In this document: positions 37,205 through 44,886 of the stretch, piece by piece
Position numbering within the stretch: the first letter of the stretch is position 1
How the letters are laid out: each line of letters starts with the position of its first letter
Assembly (NCBI GenBank): GCA_913020435.1
Contig: CAJVZZ010000001.1
Span: 108,105-172,104 of the forward strand
Reading direction: 5' to 3'
DNA from: an uncultured Flavobacteriales bacterium
Lineage (GTDB): Bacteria; Bacteroidota; Bacteroidia; Flavobacteriales_G; Salibacteraceae
DNA: 64,000 bases
Translations under genes and position numbers: made by a program
Notes under the pieces: model-generated
The model's database searches: none
Told to the model about the DNA's origin: nothing
Seen by the model: only the letters and a program-made list of their open reading frames with translations

Positions 37205-37690
37205 ATGATCAATAAATTTTCTCTATTTTGTTTTACAATCTATTTTGTTTGTAGTATCGATGTATTTGCTCAAAGCGACTTCGTTGTAATGGGCTCAAAT
37301 CAAACTAGTGCAACAGGTTCGGTTTCGCTGACTGTTGGTCAGGTTTCTTACAGCAATGAAGATTCAGCGTCTGGCTCGATAAGTAGTGGTGTTCAACAGG
37401 TTTATAATATTGAAATAATTGATGGTGTCGAACAGAATAATATTAAGCTCAATTTAACGGCGTATCCGAATCCTACAACAGAAAATGTATGGCTTAGAAT
37501 TGATTCTGAGTTCAACGGACCTCTGTCTTGTGTTCTCATAGAAAATTCAGGAAAGATAGTTTCGGAATCTGAAATTTCCGAAATAGAAACAGAAATTATT
37601 ATGGGGGATTTGGCAAGCGGTTCATATTATCTCATTGTAAAAGAGGGACAAATCAATATCAAAACATTTAAAATTCAAAAATCAAATTAA
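37205..37690 (+). CDS. Small secreted protein consisting of a short Ser/Gly-rich module plus a T9SS C-terminal sorting domain
   Basis: Signal peptide (FVCSIDVFAQ) and a module of about 50 aa (GSVSLTVGQVSYSNEDSASGSISSGVQQVYNIEI). A T9SS CTD follows (LTAYPNPTTENVWLRID...GSYYLIVKEGQINIKTFKIQ). Confidence 0.6.
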   Translation: MINKFSLFCFTIYFVCSIDVFAQSDFVVMGSNQTSATGSVSLTVGQVSYSNEDSASGSISSGVQQVYNIEIIDGVEQNNIKLNLTAYPNPTTENVWLRIDSEFNGPLSCVLIENSGKIVSESEISEIETEIIMGDLASGSYYLIVKEGQINIKTFKIQKSN

Positions 37691-37692
37691 GC

Positions 37693-40011
37693 ATGAAAAA
37701 AATTCATCTAATCTTAGGAATGTTTTTGATGGTTGCGACATCGTTTGCGCAAGCGCCAAATAAAATGAGTTATCAAGCTGTTGTTAGAAATGCCTCTGAC
37801 GCACTTTTAATAAGCAAATCAATTAGTGTTCAAATTAGTATCCTCCAAGGGAGTGCTCAGGGGACATCAGTTTATACAGAGACTTTTGCAGCAACTACCA
37901 ATGCTAATGGATTGGTAACATTAGAAATTGGCACTGGAATAGTTTTGTCAGGAGATATCACAACTATTGATTGGAATGATGGACCTTATTTCATGAAAAC
38001 CGAAACTGACCCAGCAGGGGGCATAGCGTATTCTATTTCTGGTACATCTCAATTAATGAGTGTCCCTTATTCTATGCAAGCGCAAAGAGCTGTATTGGCT
38101 GATAGTATAGTAGGTGGGACTGCTGAAAATGATCCGATTTTTATTGCATCACCTGCAGGAAGTATCACAGTAGTTGATAAAACCAATTGGAACAATAAAT
38201 TAGATTCAGAAGTGGATGGATCTGTAACCAATGAAATTCAAATATTGAGTATTTCAAATGATACGGTATATCTTAATAATGGTGGTGGATTCGTAACACT
38301 TACAAATCTTAATACCTGGATAAAAAATTCGAGTGATATCTATTTTGAAACTGGGAATGTTGCAATTGGACATGATACACCAGCGCAGCCACTTCATATA
38401 TATGATAGTATAACGCATGGAAATACAAGTAGCTATGAAAATGGATTGCTGGTCCAATCTAGAGTAATCAATTCAAATGCGAACAGTCATTATTCTGGTA
38501 TATTTTCAGAAGTAAAAGGAACAAATGCAAACAATAAATCTGTAGATGGTACTTCTGATGGAGTATCGACAGGAAATAACTATGGTTTGGGAGGATATGC
38601 AAGAAATGCGGCCACCAATGTTGGCGTTGAAGCATTTGCCGATGGAACAAATCAAAAGAACTCTGGCTTAGATGGATATGCTTGGAACGGCTCTGAAAAT
38701 TATGGTGTAAAAGGATTTGCAAAAGCGAATTCGGATACAGCAAACAAACATGTTGGGGTCCATGCTAGTATTGAAGCGAAGAATGGTCTAGGAACAGCAC
38801 TTTGGGCGAAATCTACAGGAACAAGACCTGGGAATGCAATTTACGCTGAGGCAATCAATGACAGTTCGAATGTTGGAGTTGATGGTTTTGCACGATCGAG
38901 TAGTACAAATAATTCTGATCAATATGGTATTAAAGGAACTGCAGAAGGATCACCTTCTAATGGAACGGGAACGGGTTTGCACTATGGAGTTTATGGTAAT
39001 GCTGCCGGTGGAGGATTTCAAAATTATGGTCTTTATGGTGAAGGAAATGGAATTAGTACTGCGGTTGGTTCCATAAATCGAGGGGTTATGGGACTTGGAA
39101 GTTCAACTTCTGCAACATTTAATCAGGGAGTGTTTGGTTATGCAAACGCAACAGTTAATTCTGCATCAGGACACAATACAGGTGTCTATGGAGAGGCAAT
39201 AGGGCGTAGTAGTACTAATGTTGGCATAATTGGCGTAACTGCAGGAACGGGAACTTCGAATTACGGAATTGCAGCTTACTCTTATGGAAATGTTTCTGGA
39301 AACAAAAAAAACAGTGCTGTTTATACTTACGTTGCAGGGTCTGATACAAATATAGCTGTGCATGCAAATGCACCTGATGGAGCAGCTGTAAACTATGGGA
39401 TTTACTCAGAAACTAGGGGAATAACAGGTTCTTTGGCAGGTCGCTTTTTAGGTAATGTAAGAGTAGAAGGAAATCTTGATGTTACGGGTTCAATTAGTAA
39501 AGGTTCAGGTACCTTTAAAATTGATCATCCAGATGATCCAGAAAATAAATTTCTAGTACATAGTTTTGTTGAGAGTCCTGATATGATGAACATTTATAAT
39601 GGAAATGCTACAACAGATGCTAATGGATTTGTTACCGTTAAATTACCAGACTATGCAAAGAATACTAATAAAGATTATAGATATCAGTTGACTCCAATTG
39701 GCCAGTTTGCTCAATGTATTATTAAGGAAAAAGTAAGTGGAAATAAGTTTGTGATTCAAACTGACAAGCCCAATGTTGAGGTGAGTTGGATGATTACTGG
39801 TATTAGAAATGATCCTTATGCTAATCAAAACAGAATAGTGCCAGTTGTAGACAAAGATCAAAACGAAAAAGGAAAGTATTTACACCCTGAAGCTTATGGA
39901 AAAGACGGTTCTTATAATATGTACAAGCCACTTGACCGCGGAGATACAAAAGAAGAATTGGAAATGCTGAAGAAATCCTCTGCAGCTAGAAAGGTCACAG
40001 GCAGAAAGTAA
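37693..40011 (+). CDS. Secreted fibre/adhesin-like protein with a Gly-rich repeat (beta-solenoid-like) core and a conserved uncharacterised C-terminal domain
   Basis: Signal peptide (MVATSFAQA) and an N-terminal domain (KMSYQAVVRN...QLMSVPYSMQA). About fifteen degenerate N-[YV]-G-[VIL]-x-G-x-A repeats come next. The C-terminus is TFKIDHPDDPENKFLVHSFVESPDMMNIYNG...YRYQLTPIGQFAQ. No T9SS CTD. The ATG lies 2 nt after the previous stop. Confidence 0.55.
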   Translation: MKKIHLILGMFLMVATSFAQAPNKMSYQAVVRNASDALLISKSISVQISILQGSAQGTSVYTETFAATTNANGLVTLEIGTGIVLSGDITTIDWNDGPYFMKTETDPAGGIAYSISGTSQLMSVPYSMQAQRAVLADSIVGGTAENDPIFIASPAGSITVVDKTNWNNKLDSEVDGSVTNEIQILSISNDTVYLNNGGGFVTLTNLNTWIKNSSDIYFETGNVAIGHDTPAQPLHIYDSITHGNTSSYENGLLVQSRVINSNANSHYSGIFSEVKGTNANNKSVDGTSDGVSTGNNYGLGGYARNAATNVGVEAFADGTNQKNSGLDGYAWNGSENYGVKGFAKANSDTANKHVGVHASIEAKNGLGTALWAKSTGTRPGNAIYAEAINDSSNVGVDGFARSSSTNNSDQYGIKGTAEGSPSNGTGTGLHYGVYGNAAGGGFQNYGLYGEGNGISTAVGSINRGVMGLGSSTSATFNQGVFGYANATVNSASGHNTGVYGEAIGRSSTNVGIIGVTAGTGTSNYGIAAYSYGNVSGNKKNSAVYTYVAGSDTNIAVHANAPDGAAVNYGIYSETRGITGSLAGRFLGNVRVEGNLDVTGSISKGSGTFKIDHPDDPENKFLVHSFVESPDMMNIYNGNATTDANGFVTVKLPDYAKNTNKDYRYQLTPIGQFAQCIIKEKVSGNKFVIQTDKPNVEVSWMITGIRNDPYANQNRIVPVVDKDQNEKGKYLHPEAYGKDGSYNMYKPLDRGDTKEELEMLKKSSAARKVTGRK

Positions 40012-40031
40012 ACGCGAGATATGTTAATTTC

Positions 40032-40070
40032 AAAAGTCCCAATTATTATTAATAATTGGGACTTTTTTTT
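40032..40070 (+). terminator. Rho-independent terminator after the fibre-like gene
   Basis: GTCCCAATTATT / AATAATTGGGAC forms a 12-bp stem (40036-40047 and 40051-40062) followed by T8. Confidence 0.75.
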
Positions 40071-40402
40071 ATGATAATTGTGATTAGTGTTTTCATTATT
40101 AAATTGCCGAAAATCCGGTTTATTCCCTCCAGCAGTGACAGCGTCTTCCAGCAATAATTCATTAACTTGCTGAAAATTAATGGTGTTATTTGATTAGTCA
40201 GTGCTTTATCCAGCTTCTCAGTTCTCTTCGTTACATTATTAAGAGGTCTTTAGTATTTATAGTTCACAATAATTTTAATGCTAGGATCCTCTGCCAATAA
40301 AGATTAGCTAGTTTTTTTCTTGTTCGAATAGTTCCGTAGAAGTCGAAAAAGGCTCTATTTATCTGGGCAATCGAGATTTTTCTAAAACTTCTTTTTTGTC
40401 TA

Positions 40403-40891
40403 ATGAATTTCCCCAATTTTTCAATTATTTCATTAAGATATAGAAAGAGTACTCGTATTGGATTACCGGCGTATGTAGGCTCTTATTCTGGGTATAACCT
40501 TGTTCTAATACTGTCGAAGAATCACGTTACACCGCCTGCTACTGGTCAGCCTAATCAGGGTAATGCTAATTTTTCTGACATATTATTGCCTTATGACGTG
40601 AAAGAAAAATATATTGGAATTGAATATGTGGCGGGAAATGCATGGGTTGTTTCCCAAAACATACAGATTGATTTCAGTATGATTTTTGGGTTAAATTACC
40701 GATTTAATGCTAAATCCAGTGCAGCAAGTTCTGACTTAAGTAATCAAATAGACTATGGTGTTCCTTATATGTCGGGTCCTAAGTTTATGCCCGTTAGTTC
40801 TAAAGATTATACCACCACAAATGAAAATGAAATTTTTGATAGAGTATCAGCAACGGTGATGCCTAAATTGAAAGTTAGTTATCTCTTTTAA
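40403..40891 (+). CDS. Beta-barrel-like protein fragment, possibly a 5'-truncated outer-membrane protein gene
   Basis: The C-terminal half has alternating-hydrophobic strands and ends in KLKVSYLF (OMP-type terminal Phe). There is no signal peptide at the annotated N-terminus, and the 5' end overlaps decayed antisense frames. Confidence 0.35.
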   Translation: MNFPNFSIISLRYRKSTRIGLPAYVGSYSGYNLVLILSKNHVTPPATGQPNQGNANFSDILLPYDVKEKYIGIEYVAGNAWVVSQNIQIDFSMIFGLNYRFNAKSSAASSDLSNQIDYGVPYMSGPKFMPVSSKDYTTTNENEIFDRVSATVMPKLKVSYLF

Positions 40892-40931
40892 GTAGCTTAA
40901 TCTAAGCTAGAAATCAATGGGTAGAGTTAGA

Positions 40932-41501
40932 TTACTTACTCTTCTTGCCTTTTGATTTTGATTTAGACTTTGCTTTAACAGGAGATACTTTTTCATTCAA
41001 TTCCGTATTTCCGTATCTAAAACCAATTGACTTATTCTTCTTGGCTACAGCTTCTTCAATTTCTTCGGTCTTTTTTGTCAAATTTTTAAGAGGCTCACAA
41101 TGGTCATCAATCGTTACTATATTAATACCCATTGTTTTGGCTAGCTCATCGTGCAATACTTTTTCGCTTTGCTCGAATATTCCTGTAGAAACTGAGATAT
41201 CTCTTATTTCAGAAAGGATTTTTTTCACCACAATTTCATCAATGGTATCTGTAGTCGCAATTTGATTCGCAATTATTAGCAAATGTTCTTTTTGTTTATT
41301 CTCTTCAATAGTATTGAACCATTGCAAGGATTCGCGCATTATCATTTCGTATTGATCCACATTGCGATAACTCAAATCCAGCCATTCAGCAATTTTCCGT
41401 TTGATAGACATTTCTTGTGCCAGCGGAATTTCATTATTCGATAGCTTAGCAAAGCCTATATATAAGAAGGTGAGAAGGTGAAAGAATGAAGGATTTTCCA
41501 T
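40932..41501 (-). CDS. Hypothetical protein with lysine-rich C-terminal tail
   Basis: 189-aa ORF with a helical-looking N-terminal domain, possibly TerB-like (weak guess). The tail is KAKSKSKSKGKKSK. No motif that I can name confidently. Confidence 0.45.
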   Translation of the reverse strand: MENPSFFHLLTFLYIGFAKLSNNEIPLAQEMSIKRKIAEWLDLSYRNVDQYEMIMRESLQWFNTIEENKQKEHLLIIANQIATTDTIDEIVVKKILSEIRDISVSTGIFEQSEKVLHDELAKTMGINIVTIDDHCEPLKNLTKKTEEIEEAVAKKNKSIGFRYGNTELNEKVSPVKAKSKSKSKGKKSK

Positions 41502-41589
41502 TTTTTGATATTTTCGTCTAGTTGAGATGCAATGTTAATATGATTTACTAAAGTGGTTCACTTTAATATTGATCAATAGAAACTTAATC

Positions 41590-41979
41590 ATGCATAAACT
41601 GACTTTAGGAATACTAGTAATTTGTTCAGGATTGATTAGCTGTAAAAAAGAAGGATGTACAGATTTTGATGCATCGAATTATGAAGCTGGAGTAGTTTTA
41701 TGGTACAATGCCAAAACGAGTAAAAGCATGCAATCTATTGGTATAGATGAACTAACGTATGTTGTTAATGGAATAGATTTTGGCAAGTTTCCAACTACAA
41801 CGTTTTGGCCCAATAATCCAGGATGTAGTTTGTCTAATACAATTAGTGCCAGTCTTGAATTAGGAAGTGAAAAAAGCGGAATAGGGAAAATAGATTACTA
41901 TTTCAAAGGAAATTTTCAAGGAACACAGGATATAAGTTTAAATGCTAATGAATGCACTTCACTTGATATTGGAAGGTAA
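41590..41979 (+). CDS. Hypothetical lipoprotein
   Basis: Start moved to ATG 41590 (MHKLTLGILVICSGLISCKKEGC, lipobox). About 129 aa with no recognisable domain. Confidence 0.5.
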   Translation: MHKLTLGILVICSGLISCKKEGCTDFDASNYEAGVVLWYNAKTSKSMQSIGIDELTYVVNGIDFGKFPTTTFWPNNPGCSLSNTISASLELGSEKSGIGKIDYYFKGNFQGTQDISLNANECTSLDIGR

Positions 41980-42119
41980 ATGAACTTTGAAGGCAATTTT
42001 AAAAACGTTATTTATCGAGTCTCACACTAGGCTATTATTAGTTTGATATTAAAATTTCGTATCAACCAAGAATAATTGAGATGTTGAACTAAATTCAGCA
42101 GGACTCAATTTACTTTATA

Positions 42120-42488
42120 TCACGTCCTCTTTTTTCGCTCCAGCTTTTTACCTTTTTCACCAGCAAATGGTTTACGTTTTGGCTTAAATACAGGCTTTTG
42201 TTCAACAGGGGGAGCTTTAGGCTTTATTGTTCTTCCTGCAGAATTTTCCTCCGGCTTTTTACGTTCCATTATGCCACGTTTTTCAATGACAAGGCCATTC
42301 AAGAAATTCCGTAGAATTTGATCTTGCAGTTCCATGTATTTGGCGTGATCTTCTGAACGAAAAAAGGCACCTAATTCACCTTTGGTAATCTCGTAATCGA
42401 CGTGTCCTAAGATTCGCACGATATCGTCATCTCTTAGTTTAAGAGCAACTCGAATCTTCTTTAGTATATCGTTGTTTGTTAATCCCAT
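42120..42488 (-). CDS. DUF1456 (YehS-like) family protein
   Basis: N-terminus MGLTNNDILKKIRVALKLRDDDIVRIL and a repeat of the same helix pattern, as in YehS/DUF1456. Basic C-terminal tail. Confidence 0.65.
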   Translation of the reverse strand: MGLTNNDILKKIRVALKLRDDDIVRILGHVDYEITKGELGAFFRSEDHAKYMELQDQILRNFLNGLVIEKRGIMERKKPEENSAGRTIKPKAPPVEQKPVFKPKRKPFAGEKGKKLERKKRT

Positions 42489-42489
42489 A

Positions 42490-43782
42490 TTAGTAACCGT
42501 ATTTCGATTTCCATTTTTCCCGCAGGTCTAATTGTATTCCTTGTTCTCTTTTGTTAGTTCCTGGAATGTAAAATGCTTTTCCAGAAATTTCTTCAGGCAA
42601 AAACTCATGTTCTACAAAGTTACCTTCATAATTATGAGCATATTCATAATCTTTTCCATAATCCAATTCCTGCATCAGTTTGGTTGGTGCATTTCTTATG
42701 TTCAAAGGAATGGAAAGATTTCCAGTATCACGCACAAATTTCCGTGTTTCGCGGATAGCTTTATAGGTTGAGTTACTTTTTGGTGAGGTTGCTAAATACA
42801 CGACAGTTTGACTCAGAATAATATCACATTCTGGATAGCCAATTTTTGCAACTGCATCGAAACACGTATTTGCCATAACTAGAGCAGTAGGATTTGCCAT
42901 TCCAATATCTTCAGAAGCAAAAATGAGCATGCGTCTAGCAATGAACTTCGGATCTTCGCCGCCTTCAACCATTCGTGCTAAGTAGTACACCGCAGCATTT
43001 GGGTCAGAACCTCGCATTGATTTTATAAAGGCAGAGATAACATCGTAATGCATTTCTCCGGTCTTATCGTACAACACAGTGTTTTGCTGAATGATTTTAA
43101 TGACCTTTTCGTTATCTATTGTAATTTTCTTCTTGCCATCAGCCAAACTGTTCACCACAATTTCCAAGGTATTCAGCATTTTTCTAGCATCTCCACCGCT
43201 CAACCTGTACAAAGCCTCTTCTTCCTTAACTTCAATTTTCATTGAGCTCAAACGCTCGTCTGTAGTTAAAGCTGATTTCAATAAATCTTGCAGGTCAGAT
43301 TTTTCAAAAGATTTTAAAACATATACCTGACAACGAGAGAGCAGGGCAGAAATCACTTCGAATGAAGGATTCTCAGTAGTAGCTCCAATTAATGTAACCG
43401 TTCCTTTTTCAACAGCTCCAAGCAAGGAGTCTTGTTGCGATTTTGAGAATCGATGAATTTCATCAATAAATAGAATCGGATTATTGGTTCCGAAGAATTG
43501 AGATTTTTCAGCTTTCTGAATAGCCTCACGAACATCTTTAACGCCAGAGTTAATAGCCGATAGAATGTAAAACGGTCGTTTTAAAGTTTGGCTTATAATC
43601 GATGCTAAGGTTGTTTTTCCAACTCCCGGAGGACCCCAAAGAATAATGGAGGGAATGAGTCCCGAATCAATCGAATTGCGCAAAACGGCACCCTTACCAA
43701 CCAGGTGTTGCTGGCCAATATAGGTGTCCAATGATTTTGGGCGCAGCCTTTCAGCTAGAGGAGTTGCAGCTGTTGTAGACAC
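42490..43782 (-). CDS. rarA: Replication-associated recombination protein A (AAA+ ATPase RarA/MgsA)
   Basis: Walker A GPPGVGKTTLA, Walker B LFIDEIHRF, and MgsA C-terminal blocks (HYDVISAFIKSMRGSDPNAAVYYLARM, YEYAHNY). Confidence 0.9.
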   Translation of the reverse strand: MSTTAATPLAERLRPKSLDTYIGQQHLVGKGAVLRNSIDSGLIPSIILWGPPGVGKTTLASIISQTLKRPFYILSAINSGVKDVREAIQKAEKSQFFGTNNPILFIDEIHRFSKSQQDSLLGAVEKGTVTLIGATTENPSFEVISALLSRCQVYVLKSFEKSDLQDLLKSALTTDERLSSMKIEVKEEEALYRLSGGDARKMLNTLEIVVNSLADGKKKITIDNEKVIKIIQQNTVLYDKTGEMHYDVISAFIKSMRGSDPNAAVYYLARMVEGGEDPKFIARRMLIFASEDIGMANPTALVMANTCFDAVAKIGYPECDIILSQTVVYLATSPKSNSTYKAIRETRKFVRDTGNLSIPLNIRNAPTKLMQELDYGKDYEYAHNYEGNFVEHEFLPEEISGKAFYIPGTNKREQGIQLDLREKWKSKYGY

Positions 43783-44882
43783 TAAAACTTTGCTTGAACG
43801 CTAAACAACATATTTGTGTTGCTTGCTATGTAAGAAACTCCGCCAAGATTAGCTTGATTAACACCTTGATCGTATCTGAAAATAGGAGAGGTATTGCTAA
43901 AAGCACGTCCTTCCAATTTGAACTTAATATTATCATTAGCAAAGTATTCCAATCCACCAGAATAGCTCAAGGTTTCAAACTTGCCTACGATTGGAGAAAA
44001 GTAAATGCCATCAGGATCGTTGTATGCTTCAAAACGGCCAGCAATAGCCAACTTGTCAAACACATAATAACGTGCTAAAAAGCTTCCGACAAATAATTCT
44101 GACTGATTGCCGCTTATGCGATTATCAGCGATAGCATAATCAAATCCTGCAACTAAATCCAACTTTTTGAAAGGGCTATACGTTGCGTACAAGTTATTGT
44201 ACAACACAAATAATGATGTGCTATCTGGCGCATCATTACTGTAGAAATTACTGTAGTTAATCGTTAGTTTATCATTTGGGGTAAAGGTGATTTGGGCTCC
44301 AAGTGCTTTGTTGGTATTTGCTTCAGATTCAGTAATGTTTTGATTTCCATTGGCTATAGTTAAGGAGAAATACCATTTTTCGAAGGGCTTGTAACCCAGC
44401 TTAGCTCCAGCTAAGTAGTATGGGGTCCATTCGCTAGACAATGAATGTGAGGTCAATAAATTATCGAATGACAATGCTGATTCAAATCCCATATGAGAAG
44501 AAAACATACCTACAGTAAGTTCCAAATCTTCGGTAAATCTATAATTGATGTTTGCTTCGTACAATGCATTTAAGAGGTCCCGTTCATGTGCCATGTTAGC
44601 CGAAGGGAAATCGCCAAAATTGAATCCGATATTTGCAGACATTTTTCCTTTTACGTAAGAGAAATCTGCCATAGCCATATTGATGCTCATTTGGTTGTGT
44701 TTGTTGTATTGATACAAAAACCATGGACGAGCATGATTGAAAGGCTGATTCAAATCGTAGCTATAGTAGAAGTCTAATGCAAATTGTTTTGAGAACCCTT
44801 CTTTTAAAGAATCGAGTTGTGCAAAACCAGCGAATGAGCAGGTTGAAACTACAATGGCTATGAGTATTGTTTTCATATTCAA
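43782..44882 (-). CDS. Outer-membrane beta-barrel porin-like protein
   Basis: Signal peptide, an alternating beta-strand pattern throughout and a C-terminal F (LFSVQAKF). Confidence 0.55.
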   Translation of the reverse strand: MNMKTILIAIVVSTCSFAGFAQLDSLKEGFSKQFALDFYYSYDLNQPFNHARPWFLYQYNKHNQMSINMAMADFSYVKGKMSANIGFNFGDFPSANMAHERDLLNALYEANINYRFTEDLELTVGMFSSHMGFESALSFDNLLTSHSLSSEWTPYYLAGAKLGYKPFEKWYFSLTIANGNQNITESEANTNKALGAQITFTPNDKLTINYSNFYSNDAPDSTSLFVLYNNLYATYSPFKKLDLVAGFDYAIADNRISGNQSELFVGSFLARYYVFDKLAIAGRFEAYNDPDGIYFSPIVGKFETLSYSGGLEYFANDNIKFKLEGRAFSNTSPIFRYDQGVNQANLGGVSYIASNTNMLFSVQAKF

Positions 44883-44886
44883 TAAT

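Noticed and set aside
39912-40154. An 80-aa minus-strand ORF spanning the 3' end of the fibre gene and its terminator.
   Set aside because: Half of it is antisense to the well-supported 772-aa gene and it reads through the terminator hairpin. Its 5' part belongs to the decayed frame fragments reported separately.
36781-42119. Calling the tRNA-Arg-adjacent patch an integrative element or prophage remnant.
   Set aside because: I found no integrase, recombinase or phage structural genes apart from the ambiguous fibre-like protein. By eye, there is no direct repeat of the tRNA 3' end (GGTTCGAATCCTGGCGCGATCA) downstream. It is kept only as a possible variable region.
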